A DNA stretch of 58,684 bases, the filler included, from Sphacelaria rigidula (taxonomy: Eukaryota), in assembly GCA_964200075.2 (NCBI GenBank). It is 3 parts of 3 records of this genome, joined end to end, with 100 filler letters (N's around TTAATTAATTAA, not from the genome) between each part and the next. Parts side by side here need not be neighbours in the genome. Positions count along the whole stretch, not along the records: positions 1 to 19,502 come from CAXNAA020000655.1; positions 19,603 to 39,093 come from CAXNAA020000656.1; 1 more part is not named here. One strand, given 5' to 3'. Both the position numbers and the translations under genes were made by a program. Of this stretch, positions 13,590-25,900 are shown piece by piece (positions within the stretch are counted from its first letter, which is position 1; every line of letters starts with the position of its first letter). The notes below the pieces were generated by a model. That model worked only from the letters and a program-made list of their open reading frames with translations. It was not told the origin of the DNA and ran no database searches.

Positions 13590-13745
13590 AGGTGTGGGCC
13601 GTCTGTCTGACGCCTCATGCGTCGCGAGCATAGCTTCACAGTCTGTAGTGTCGTTGTTGAAGACTAAGCAGAGGCATCAGCAGCATGCAGTAAATTGTGT
13701 TCAGTCGAGAGCGATGACGTACTTATACTGTCTCTTGCGGTCGTA
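13590..13745 (+). repeat. Dispersed repeat (other copies at about 40615-40765 + and 51675-51820 -)
   Basis: Shared core tgtctgacgcctca...agcatagcttc...aagcag...cagcatgcagt...cttatactgtctcttgc. Confidence 0.7.
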
Positions 13746-14042
13746 CGGACTGAGACTGCAAATGTCCGTACGATAGCTCCTGCAACTTGATGACGCAAAG
13801 GCTACCATGCAAGCGTGTTTCGCTTTCCTTGACCCAAACTCGTTCATCCAGGCCAGCTCGGCCTTACGAAGATAGTATAACACCTCGGCCATGTTTCACC
13901 GTTCGGCTGCGCAAAGCATCGTGCTGCAGCCAGTGAAGCTGTGGGCTGTTTATCAACCACTGTACTGCTGTACAGTCGACAGACTGCTGCGCCGGTTGTC
14001 AGCAGCGGATTAAAAGAGCGGGGGAATAACAGGTAGGTGCAT

Positions 14043-15672
14043 TAGTGTTGAATATCGTATCGAAATATCATTATCGTTTTCGTATCGAAAACATTTCGCC
14101 AAAACGATAAAACGTGCGGTGTGACTATCGGATTTTGCCGAATCTGAACACTTTTTCTCCTCGGCTAGGAGACCTTGAAGGCGCATTTTTTTTTCCGATC
14201 GAAAAAATGGGGCGGTGGAATCGATATGAGCGAAACTTTCTCGTTTTGATGCAGTTGGGTCCAGATAGATTTTCAAGATTTCAATCGAAAAAATACAGTG
14301 AAATCCGTGAAACGGCACATGGTCACTCGTGTATTGTACAGTACAGACAGTTTGTATTGTCTACTCTGCTTGCAAGTAGGGTGTCTTGGGTGCGTGTGTG
14401 CGTGTTTCGTTCAGGAGGGTACAAAAGAGATGCGGGCAACGTGCACTGCAGACAGTCCAGGACTATCAGTTCTCTCTGCTTACAATGCGACGTGAAGAGG
14501 ACTTCAGCAACATCCAGCTTTGTGCTGCCCGCACTGTCCATGAGCGTGCACGCAACTCGGTTGCCCACCGTACCACGCAGTTCCGTCGTTGATCCTTAAC
14601 ATGAGAGAAGATGCGCAAGTTTTCGCCAACAAAAATAAACAAAGCACACCCAACTACTGCGGTGTTCTTATCCCCGGTCTCAACTCGTGCTCTATGCTGC
14701 AGTAATGAGTTGGATGGGGCTTGCATGGTCCTGTGAACAGGTGTTATCTGGCGTGGTGGTTTGTAAGATGAGAGTCAAGTGCCGCTTCGTACCTTTCGAC
14801 CGAATGTTTACGATCGAAAACGATTGATTTTTACCTCGATGCATTCTTCTCCACGCGCCGCTAATTATAATTTTGAGTCGAAGCCTTCCGGGAACATAAA
14901 TGCGGTGGACCTATCGGCTCGGCGAAAAAAATCGACCGCACATATTCGATCGAAAAAAAAGTGCGAATAAGACCGACTCTAAATGGGAGCCGTTCAAAAT
15001 TCCTGTTCAAAACTGCCATTTTGATCCTTCTCCGTCGTTTTTCGCCCGAAAACAAGGCTAAGCGGTTGTTGACGCCCTGGAACAACTTGCTCTACTCATT
15101 GAGACCGTTCCAGGGCAACTTTGCATTTCCCGCTGGTCGCACTTTCATTTCTGACCGAACACGAATTTTCAATCAAAAACGGTCAAGCGATCAAAATACT
15201 GGGGAAAAAATTAAATTTTGATTACCTGACCGTTTTTGACTCAAAATTCGTGCTTGGGCTGATTTGGTCAAAAATAAAAGTGCGGCCAGCGGGAAATGCA
15301 GAGTTGCCCTGGAACGGTCTCGACGAGTAGAGCAAGCCATTCCAAGGCGTCAACACCCGCCCATAGCCCTCTTTTCGAACGTAAATCGACGGAGAAGGGC
15401 CCAAAAGGCAGTTTTCGACGGGAATTTTGAACGGCTCCCATTATTAGAGTTAGCCTAAGACATGCCGTGATTACCGTAGGCCAATTTCGATGGGAATATA
15501 CAATGAAGCCATGTATCCCAATTTTCTCGCCTCCAGCGGCGCCTCCAGTGGGGCTGCCTCACGAGCCGCGCGCGGGAAGGGGGAGGGGGGGGGGGGGGGG
15601 GGTTTGGGGCCCGCCCCGGGGGGGGGGGGTGGCCCCGCCGGGGGTGGGGTTCGCCCAACTTTNNNNNNNNNN

Positions 15673-15738
<66 letters not shown>

Positions 15739-16086
15739 TTTGGGGCTCGCACAGCGAGCAGGCGATGCGCTCGCCGAGGTTAGGCTTCGCCAATCTTTGA
15801 GAGTTTCGGAAAACGCTTCATCATTATAATTTCTGAGTGCAAATATCTCAAAATCAATTTGCAAAATGAAATTAAAAATTTCACCGAAAAAAAGTTCAGG
15901 GGATACCACTTTTGACGGAGGGGGAGATGTTTTCCCCCTACATTCTGATTCCGAGATATTTGCACCCAGTCAGAAATAACAAAACAGCGCTTCCCGAAAC
16001 TCTCGATTTATCGAAAATTATCGTGATCGAACGCTGAAAAATTCGATATCGTATCGAAGTGCCGAATGGTTCGCTATTCAACACTA
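14043..16086. mobile_element. Non-autonomous hAT element
   Basis: TIR TAGTGTTGAATA...TATTCAACACTA, 8-bp TSD AGGTGCAT/AGGTGCAC, TATCG/TCGA-rich subtermini, possible hAT dimerisation-domain remnant near 14450-14545. Spans a 10-N gap. Confidence 0.8.
14971..15455. mobile_element. PIF/Harbinger (Tourist-like) fold-back MITE nested in the hAT element
   Basis: About 230-bp inverted arms (ACTCTA..AATGGGAGCCGTTCAAAATTCC) and TAA TSD at 14968-14970 and 15456-15458. Confidence 0.8.
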
Positions 16087-16325
16087 AGGTGCACTTCAAG
16101 AGAAACGGGGTTCGGTTTTGGAGAGGGGTGTGCCACGCCATGTTGACCTCTCTTACATCGGCAATGATCTCGAACATACCTTGAACCGTGCCCCACACTA
16201 CTAACAACGCTTTCGTGAGATTGAGCAGAGGATATGATTGAGAGTGAAAAGCGGCCAAATAGTGAATGGATCGCTTCAGTTCCGAAATGCCCCTCCACGA
16301 GGCCCGATGTGCTTTATGTAGTAAC

Positions 16326-18191
16326 CAGGGCTCTTTACATTGCACGTTACACGTACGTTACACGTCACAAACGTACGTCACAACGGTGTGACGCAATGTA
16401 CCGTATGTTTTTCGAATACGTCGCAAACGTGACGTAACGTAACGTACCGGTGAAAAAATGTGACATGACGTAACACACGCGGCCATTCGGCTACCCCCAT
16501 AAACATCCTCTAACGCGATTTTCATCTTCTCGAGGGTAGAGTCACCCTCCGGAGGATAAAAATACCCTCTAGAGTGTACTTCATACTCAGTTCCGGTCAT
16601 AAAACGAATCCTCTGGAGGGCATCTGATGCTCCAGTGACTTCTGACGTCTGAATCCCTCGAGAGTAACACAAAAGATGGCGCACTGGAGGGCTGCGCATC
16701 CTGCAAGTTCCTCCAGAGGGTGCGCAGTCCTCCCAGAGGCAAAACAAGCCTCTAGAGGCGTTCGATCCCACCTCTCTGGAGGGCCGCGCACCCTCTATAG
16801 GCGTTTAATTCCTCTGGAGGCTCGAAAATTTGACCGGAACAGAGTATTTTGGGGGGTGGCCAAATGGCCGCGTGTGAACGTTCAATTTTCAATACGTCAC
16901 AAATGTGACGTGACGTGACATATATTTTTTAATACGGCACAGTAACGCATTTTTACGTTACACGTCGCAATTAACGTCACACGTCATAATTGACGTTACA
17001 TGTCACAATTAACGTCACATGTCACATGATTATACGTTTGTGACGTGTGAATGAACGTCACAACCGTCACACGCTCAACTTGTACCACAATTAGTGTGGG
17101 ATAAGCGTATGTGATACTCGCATGATATGATACATGGGTTTAAGAAGAGTGTGCATACGTCATCATAATACGCACGCGATGTAAGCGCAAGTTCAGCGCC
17201 ACGGCAGCATGCACTGCCACAACACACCCAACCATAGAACATAGAACAAGCGAATATGGGAATCCGAAAGCACGAGTTTCGAATTTCCGAATTTCAAATT
17301 TCCAACTTCGATAGCACAGACGGGGCGGGAGCGACGTGTAACGTAACAATGAGCGCGGCCCAGGATACCGAAACGATGAGCGCAGCTCAGGGTTCCCTTT
17401 CCACGGCAGAGAGAGAGGGTGCTGCAAGAGAGGTTCGTGCAGCAAGCGGGGCTTTGTACCTCCCTAGAATATAGATCTTCTGCATTCACGCCCTGCTGAG
17501 AGAGCAAATAATTATAACAACACAGAATCGGATTGCTATGTGTTGGGTGCCCTACGGAATGCCAACCGACTACCAGGTATCGCCAACGTATGATCTGTAC
17601 ATACTTGCGTTTGTATGTGCACATCATGGCCTGCGCGCATCTTGGTATCTCACTTTCTGATTATCGTGCATCAAAAACGTACTCATGTATTTCTTTGAAA
17701 TTGCAATGTGTGAGTCAGGGACGCATGAGCGATACACTAGCTGAAACGCGTTCTTACATGTCACCATAGCGAGCAGAACGCACCTCATGCTCCAACAAGG
17801 CAACCACCGTGAACCTCCAGTCCCAAGTTGCGGTACATGAAACCTTACAGCGTCTAACGTAGCGTTCATTTGCCCTCAACACGGTCGAAGTGTAACGTTT
17901 CATTTTACGTTACACGTCACAGACGTAACATATATTATTCATTATACGTCAAAAACGTATAATAATGTGACGTGTGGCGTTTACTGTTACGTGTAACGTA
18001 TACAATATGTTACACGTTACATGAAACGTTTCACAATACGTGACTGTGACGTAACGTAACGTATCACTTTTTTATTCGTCACAAGTGTGACGAAACGTAT
18101 CGTACCCGTACAAAAATATGACGTAACGTAACGTATAGTTTTCCATACGTCATATTTGTGACGTAACGTGTGTGTAACGTAAAGAGCCCTG
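16326..18191. mobile_element. Non-autonomous hAT element with ACGT-rich subterminal arrays
   Basis: TIR CAGGGCTCTTTAC...GTAAAGAGCCCTG, exact 8-bp TSD GTAGTAAC, minus-strand remnant LAARTSLAAPSLSAVER at about 17395-17447 resembling the hAT dimerisation motif. Confidence 0.9.
16474..16876. mobile_element. CAC...GTG (EnSpm/CACTA-like) MITE nested in the hAT element
   Basis: TIR CACACGCGGCCATT(C/T)GGC(T/C)ACCCCC, 2-bp AA flanks, about 10 internal CCTCNNGAGG palindromes. Confidence 0.8.
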
Positions 18192-19502
18192 GTAGTAACT
18201 TGCCACTGAGGCCCTTGATATCCCTGAGTAGGATATCGACGTATAGGTGCAAGCACACGCCAGTGATAGACGCAATGAAAGCACACACGGGATGAACAAT
18301 TGGATAAGTTAAAAGCGAATTATCAAAGCCATTCTCAATCCGCGCTCTATTCTCGATCTCACGAAAACGTCGTTTTACTACTATTGTCTGTACGCGAAAG
18401 CAACCATCGTTTGCTCAGGGCGAACCGCGAGCGATTTTGTATTTCTCCGCATTGTGAATCCTAGTTATTATGCAGTATTTTCGGTTGGTGTATCTCTCCC
18501 CATCTCGTGATTTGCGTAGAAATAGAAATTAAACTACTGCTTTGTGAACATCGTGACCCCAAAGTGGGGGATTGAGCACATTTCTATCAGCAAACAAACA
18601 TTATACATCTAGACATATGTACGTATGACTGTGGGCTCGTCTCAGTAAACCCGCAGGCTTCCCTGAGGAGCGTGATCCCACCGCAACACCGTTTCAAGCA
18701 AAACAGTGTGGCGCTAGGGCAACGGCGTCACGTACACCGTGTGATGGAATACATGTTCAGAGAGGTAGACAAGCGCCAGCAGCATTGCACACTTTCACAT
18801 CATCGCAACCATGACATACCTGGCTGGTGCTTTCCCAGACTTTCGTCGGGTATTATGCTCGGGACCGGATCGGCGGAACGACCGCAATGACGCTCCTGCG
18901 GGTGGTCGTTGATGGACGATATACGAACGATCTCTCTAAATCAAAACTAGTACAACTTCTATAGTCGTTCAGCAGTAGGGTCGCGTTGAAGCATGTTCCC
19001 AGTTCCCACACACAATCATAAAATACCAGATCGTCTGACTCTACCGATATTCGAACCCACGTCCCAACCGTCAGAGGGTTTCGAGATGACCAACTATTGC
19101 GTCGAGAGCCGCCAATCTGAGAACTGCCCACGCTAGCATAACAGCAGCAACACAGCTCGCAAGCAATCAAAGATGGCAATGACGGAGAGAATCGCCACCT
19201 TTCCATATCTGTTTTCTTTATCTTCGTTTTTGTTCTCGTCTTGAAACTCAGCCTATATACTCTCTGCTGTACGAGCTGGGCCAGCCTAGAAACGGATTTA
19301 AGCTCTCGAAGCAATATCTCATCGGCATAGACGACTTGGGCCATGATCCTCATATTGTATTGATCGTCAAATTAAGGGGAAGACGCCCATCTGCCCTGCT
19401 CATTATGATATCCGCCCGTTCGTTTCGAGTTGCTAATGATGGGGGTGAACCCTCCCGATGAGGGGTGTCGTTATGTCATGAGGTTCTTGTCTTAGTACAC
19501 CT

Positions 19503-19602
19503 NNNNNNNNNNNNNNNNNNNNNNNNNNNNNNNNNNNNNNNNNNNNTTAATTAATTAANNNNNNNNNNNNNNNNNNNNNNNNNNNNNNNNNNNNNNNNNN
19601 NN
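19503..19602. other. Assembly gap with artificial TTAATTAATTAA linker
   Basis: 44 N + TTAATTAATTAA + 44 N, identical at 39094-39193. Confidence 0.95.
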
Positions 19603-20657
19603 TTTCGAGATTGGCCGCTGAACAAAAAATCGTGCGCAAAAATCTGTGCTCGCAGACCCCCGCCAGTTTGGCTCTCTGTGGGGTGATGCAAATGTCCGAG
19701 ACGTGTGTTGGTGGTTTTCTTGGTTTGGGGGTCAAAAGGTGGGTCAAACGTCTCAAAAGTGAACAATCCGTGGGCCAAAAATCTGTTTGCCGTAACATTC
19801 GGCCTCAGTGTCCTGATCCGGGTCATGAGCTAGCTCATTTAGCTCATTTTGCCATATGTACTCCCTGCAGCACTGGACGCCGAGCACGCGGAGTAGCACA
19901 AAGGTAGCGCTTGGGCTTCTCGGATCCTACTGCCATGCGTTTCGCGTTTTTGGAAAGCGGATCTGAGAGTCATCTTCGATTCATTATTTCAGGTAGCTCA
20001 TGAGCTGTCCGACGTGAGAAAAATGCGGCGAGAGATAAAAATTCCGATCTGACACGTCCGTCTTTTATATTTCATGATGACTTCGATCCGTGTTGATTAA
20101 TAATTCTTCGCGCGCGACCGGAAGACAGAGAAACCATGGCTGTGAGCTGGCGTCTCTAGCCAGTTAGGTTTAACCTGGCTGCGCCAACGACAAGTTCATT
20201 GATGTTTCTCTTGTTAATCGGTTCACATCAACGGCGAGTGGCGAAGCCGCGAGCCTCGACGCTCCCCCGGCTAGTGGCGGGGCCCCGCAGGAGCGCCGCC
20301 GGACGCAAGAAAAAATGCGGTTTCTTGGGCTTTCTCCCATTCAAAAATCTTCGCCGCGGTGTTTGAACCCTGTGAAGAAAAACGGCATGCATCACTACTT
20401 GGGGTAGACTGGATGAACACGTTCTATTTGTTCCGGTCACGAGTGCAGATTTATTGTTGTCCTACCGCAAATGGCTCAAACGTCGGATACCACCCATACT
20501 TTTTCACTGAGATCGTTCAGGGAGGGGACGCGTTTGATTCATCGCCGGGAAAAGGGATGGAGGTAGAAGGGAGTCATAAGGGAACAGTATGTGGTGCATA
20601 CGTTCTGACGATGCCCCCGGCATGTTCGGGGGCACCGCTATTCGTGTGTGAATGCCT

Positions 20658-20792
20658 TACACCCTGGACAGTAGACTGTATTGTCAAAAGGGTACTGCAT
20701 ACGGTATCGACTATTGCGTCTATTGCAGTGGAAAATAGATCCCACTGTACGCAGTACACTTTTTGACAGTGTAATCTATTGTCCAGGGTGTG
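20658..20792. mobile_element. 135-bp MITE with (C)ACACCCTGGACA TIR
   Basis: tacaccctggacagtaga...tctattgtccagggtgtg, same terminus as 52449-54073, degenerate flanks GAATGCCT/AAATGCTC. Confidence 0.7.
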
Positions 20793-21539
20793 AAATGCTC
20801 ATGTAACTAGCGAAAACGGTAGATGACACCTCCATCGTATCTGAAGGGGGGATAGAGCGATTTCATCCTCGGGTGGGAAGAAATGGGGGGGCGGGGATAA
20901 ATACTTGATCGTTCACGCATTCTATCGATGTGTTCGTGTGATTAGGTGTGATTCGGTGTAATTAGGTGCATCGACATTCGTATGGAACAGGCCGAAACGG
21001 TGGAGACCACCCGGGTGACAATTGATTTGGGGAGGGGGTGCGCGCATTGAATCTATAGATAGGGAAAGAGTTGTTCGTGTTCTATTTCTTCACATACTTC
21101 AAAAATCCCGAAATGCTTTCAGATCATCCAAACGTTATGCCATTCGCACGGCATGGACCAAACCGGTGGATACCACCGCTAAATTCACGGTAGACAGCAC
21201 CTCCCAGGGACGGATACTTGTTGTCCCATGCGCTACCATTCACCCTCCGCCCAAGTCCAACTTCACCAATGTTGTTTATACGCTATTATGCGTCATCGGA
21301 CAAAATTTGAGCTCTCAGTGACTTTCCTGGTGTATTGAACTCGAATATCTCAGACACGTGGCCTGGAAAAGTGTGGAACTGCCCTGCACTAAAATTGGTC
21401 TAAACTATAGCCGGTAACGGCAGCTTCAAACAAACTGGATAACTTCGTCGCCAGTTCCACTTTGGCTCTAGTTCCAGTTTAATCGACAGTATTAGCTGGT
21501 CTATTATAGTTTACAGCCCTGCAAAAAGTGGAAATGCTT

Positions 21540-22142
21540 CACAGTTCGGACAGATGAGTTCCCGGTAGCTCGAGCTAGCTCTTGTTTAGCACAGCCCCCT
21601 ACGGAGCTATGGGAGCTCTATGACCGACACGTGTTCGCAAGGGCGTGTCGGGTAGGGTATACCCAATATTTTGGTATTTTGAAAAGTCGCGCATTACCTG
21701 TCTAAGTCAGTCACAGTAACTTGTCTAAGCTTTAAAGGGGGGAAAGACGGCGCTGGGCTGATACCGCGCCATGGCATGAGTCGGATCCCCACTTTCCAAA
21801 ATACCCACAACAATATTGGGTACACCCTACCCGACATACCCTTGGCCCTGGGTGTGAGCTGTGAGAGCTACGTGAGCTACGCATGGTAGCAACCACCCCG
21901 TAGCTCATCAGCACCTTTTTGCCTTGGATGAGCTATGAGAGCTACATGAGCTATGCGTGTCTGCCCTACGTGAGCTACCAACTCGTAGATCATCAGCGCA
22001 GTTTCGCCCTGGGTGATCTATGAGAGCTATGTGAGCTGCGCGTATTTGCCATGGGTCGGGCCACTATCCTGCAGCTCGTCAGCGCACATTCGCCATGTGT
22101 GAGCTACGAGAGCTACATGAGCTACGCATGTTGACCCTGGAT
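21540..22142. mobile_element. Truncated AGCT-array element (family of 26466-27543)
   Basis: Left end CACAGTTCGGACAGATGAG...AGCTCGAGCTAGCTCT matches the reverse complement of the 27543 end, followed by GAGCTA arrays. No right end found. Confidence 0.7.
21638..21844. mobile_element. Small inverted-repeat element nested in the AGCT element
   Basis: caagggcgtgtcgggtagggtatacccaatatt ... aatattgggtacaccctacccgacatacccttg, no clear TSD. Confidence 0.65.
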
Positions 22143-22587
22143 GATATATCGGGGTTATTTCATATGTACATGTTCGATTACAAGTGGGATAAACCCCGCA
22201 GATGAGGTACCTCACGAGCTGTTCGATGTGTGCAACGGCACTCAAGGGGTGTTAAATACCGTAAGTTCAACACAACATGAAAATGTGAACATACAAATTA
22301 CCTTTGGGTCTCCATCTGCATCAGTGAGGGAAAGCGAGAGCAGGCTTAGGCTGAGCAAATCGACCTTCGCAGTAGCACCCGCATCGGTAAACTCTGGCAC
22401 ATCCCCATCATCCATGCTTAACCATACTGGCACCGCTGGCACAGTTTTCTGCTGGATCGGATCTAAAAATGACCGTAGTGAGAGGTTTACCAAAAATAAC
22501 GACACATCTTTACGCGTGGCTAGTCGTCCCTGTTATACCAGAGCATCGAAAAAACCAAAGTGCTCTCACGGACACCTGACGCGCACG

Positions 22588-22942
22588 ATGCGAGCATGGC
22601 TAACCACCACTCTATTACTATCGACTGCCGCGGTCACCACTGCCGCCGCCGCAAGTGAATTCAGTCCGACACATGTGGCGTCAGCGCCGGCGGCGCGAAC
22701 GCGGCGTTTGAAGAATAATAGCGGCAATCACGAACGAAATGCGGTATTGGGCGGAGATGTAGAGGTGACGGTGAGACGAGCAAGGCCGCTGGCACGTGGC
22801 AGGGAGGAATGGGGTTGGGGTTGGGCAGGACCCAAGGCGGCTTCTGGTATCACCGATGGTGCCCGAAAAAAGGTGGCAAAAACATTGGGTGGGCGCACGC
22901 ACTCTTCCACCCTACGGACGACACCTACTGAACTCATTAGAG
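22588..22942 (+). CDS. TerC: TerC exon 1 (signal/targeting peptide)
   Basis: MRAWLTTTLLLSTAAVTTAAAASEF... hydrophobic start then a basic, Ser/Thr-rich stretch, donor G|gtgcga. Confidence 0.7.
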
Positions 22943-25900
22943 GTGCGAAGGTGTTGAGCATGATCGCGGTGTGGGGTGTAGAGAGGGTACTACTGTTATT
23001 CAGTTGTCACATGGTCCGTTTTCACATGATCCGTTTTCGCCGTACAGGCTGCTTGGATGGTGCGGCCCGAAATGTACGGGGCAAAGCTGGCAGTTCAATC
23101 GCTCGAAGGTATTCCATGATGCTAATACACGTGTGACGAAGATGGGGGTGCTGTAGAAGTGGGGTGACAAGGTCTGATTTCCTTCTCGTTCCTGATGTGT
23201 TTCTTCGTTTTCTTGTCTCCATTCTTGAGCCTGTGATGCGAAAAAAACTACCCGGACAGCAGACGTGCGTATGAGTACGTACCTGTGTCTGTACGGCCGA
23301 CTAATCGCGAGCTGCAACCAAAAAAATACATTAGCCCGTACTAAAGGAGAACGGTACGAGTATTTACAGCTCCCTCCCCCCCTCGCTCGAAATGCTTTAT
23401 TTTGCCGCCTACTCCATTCAGGTGGCGGATCAGCCGTAAAGCCAAAGAAGGATGATGCCTACAAGTCTGCGGTGCTCCGAACGTCCCTGCTTTGTATGTG
23501 CGGTGAGCGCTCCCTAAAATGTCTTCACACAACTTGACAAGTCCCATGCAATCAGCAGCTGTACGTATTGTACGGTAAACATGTGACATGTGTGACGTGG
23601 ATATGCGGGCTGGCTTTATTGGAGCATGAGCAGTATTGTACCTTTTCAGCCCTATGTTTGAGGTTAGGGTGCTGGTTCGAGTCTGCCAACGCACACATGG
23701 CCCAGGACAGAGGATATAAATATCTAAATATATCCATCTTGCTTGAGGGTTCGCGGTATTCCTTGATCGGGGGGGAGGGGGTTAGGTTGAGCGCTAGAGT
23801 TTTACAAAACGAAGCATGTTCCGCCATGGATTTTGGGAGCCGAGTTCGCGTGAACTCGCCTCGAAAAAGGTGAAAGATCGGAGCGTAGCGGGATCCGCGG
23901 TCCGTGTATCGGTACAAATCGTTACACAGTGCAACGGATCAAGCTGCCGGATAATAGCGAAGCAAGAATCGGATTCAGCGTAGTCAGGAAAATAATTGGT
24001 AGCAGTACAGTCCGATATTTATTCAGCAATATCCTCAAGGAACGCAGCAGGCGATTTCGTTTCCCATCCCCCCCACACAGCGGGGAAGTAGTATCGTGGT
24101 GATCATGTAGGATAGCCGAATGCGTTTCTTCCATTTATATGCGTACAAGTTTCAGATGTTTCATGGGCGTGCGGTGCACAAGGGGCACCAGAGTGAAGAA
24201 ATGCTACTCAAGGGGGCCGCGATATAACGCCTCAATCTTGAGTTCGGGATAAGTAGCATTTCGCACCATTTCCTTGCGTATGTTTGCCGAGGAAAATTTG
24301 ATAAAATTGTTCCAGATTCACAAGAGGAGCAAAGTATCATTTTCACTAAATTTTTCCGATTCCGATTCCGTTTCCAATTCCGACCACTTTCCATGACCAC
24401 CGTCCGTAAAAAAAATAATATGGGAAGTTGCAGTTTTCATCGGGATCATTCGATCCGAAAGTGGTTGCTCACCAAAATGAGAACTGCTGTTTGACGCCCA
24501 CCCCGCCCCGCACCAGACTGCCCTGCGCTATATATAATCTTCCTGTTCCCCGGCCTAATCGTGACGATGTTGAACGCTGTAGCGTTTTTGCGACACGTGG
24601 AGATGGGATGCTTCACATCCCAAAACGTTTGACGTGAAAGTGTCGTTTTATCCGTTTATCCGATCCGGTCGCCCCGGTGTCTCAGTTGGTAACCTCGCAT
24701 CCCTGGGACGGTTGGGTCGCGAGGTCGAATCTCTGTGCAGTCACACGATCGGGTGATTTCTTGTCACAAAATGCCCAGCAGTTGAGAGCGATCATGTCGT
24801 GGTACACAAGATTCGAATTCACGCCTGACGAGGGGAAGAGATTGCTGAACCCCTCTCGTGATATAAAAAATAAGGCAAGCACCGCAAAAGAAAGATGGAG
24901 TACTTAAACATATGAACTCTTGTGTTAGCCTTCCTCTGTGACCCCGGCTGATGCGCCCACATATACCCAAAGGTGTAGACTGGCGTCCACAATAGGCGGG
25001 ATGACAACACACACATGCGATCGGAAACTGGAACAGCCGACGAAAAGTGTCCGAAAGTATCTCACCGATCAGAACGGGTCTAATCACGTATTTTTCCCGT
25101 TCTCTACCAAGTAACATATTTGGTATTTTCACGACCCCTTCTGTTAATATCACACGTGCCTTGATCCGTAGACCGGGAGGGTAGTCCATCTGAATCATGC
25201 ATACTTTTTTCAAGTGAAATTAAAGCTGATTCAACAGCTGACCTACTCTCGCTGTGTAAGAGTTAATGCCCGTACGATCGCAACCCTCATTCCCCGGCAC
25301 AACGCAGCACAGTCATCATTGAATGTGGAACGCGCATCGCTTCTGGTGGTATTGTCCACAGTTGGTTAACCCCGGCTGCGACTGCCAAAAGTTGTCGAGA
25401 ACCTCGAAAGGAGCACCCAGCGTTCGTTTGCGGGATAGCATACGGAGGGGGATTTGGCGTCACGACCCTCCTCGCCGAGACGAGCGTTTGGCCTCTGTTT
25501 CCCTTCACTACTGTTATACCCTCGACCATTTGTCCATGCCGATCTACATCTTCTGTAGAATCCAGCTGAGTGCGCCGTTCTTCAGTGTGTATATGTTGTT
25601 GAGCTGCTGATATTACCACATAAAGGGGAAGATTCTCATAAGAGTCCGTTAGGAGCTCATGTTTTTGGCGTTGTAAACTGTGTACGTGGACCTAGATGAC
25701 AGTGAGCAGAAGCCCCCGGGTGCGAATCCCGGCTCCAACCAACGCGACGAGAGAAGTGGAAAAAAACGAAGTTAGGCGGGCAACACTGAATCGTAATATG
25801 GGTGGGAGACAAGAAGAGTGGTGGCTAGCTCGCAAACAGATTTCACACCCTCACGGGAAAGCCTTGTGCGGAGATCGTTGGGTTTGCGATCCAATATACG

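Larger units (their letters stand above)
16197..18380. mobile_element. Old MITE-like element split by a hAT insertion
   Basis: Inverted arms aacgctttcgtgagattgagc...gattgagagtg (about 16205-16247) and cattctcaatc...ctcgatctcacgaaaacgt (about 18330-18370). Ends approximate. Confidence 0.5.

Noticed and set aside
15455-15909. Poly-Pro/poly-Gly ORFs (also 1-100, 31417-31626, 32718-33116)
   Set aside because: They arise from poly-G/C tracts beside N gaps, which is low-quality sequence rather than coding
18660-19500. Possible 3' end of an LTR element (GAGGGG followed by TG before the gap)
   Set aside because: No convincing protein motif or second LTR visible
19503-19602. TTAATTAATTAA palindrome inside N-runs (also 39094-39193)
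   Set aside because: An identical 100-bp construct occurs twice, so it is an artificial scaffolding linker
22141-23136. 331-aa ORF as a single-exon gene
   Set aside because: Only 22588-22942 fits the TerC model. The upstream part starts at the end of the AGCT repeat and the downstream part follows a splice donor.
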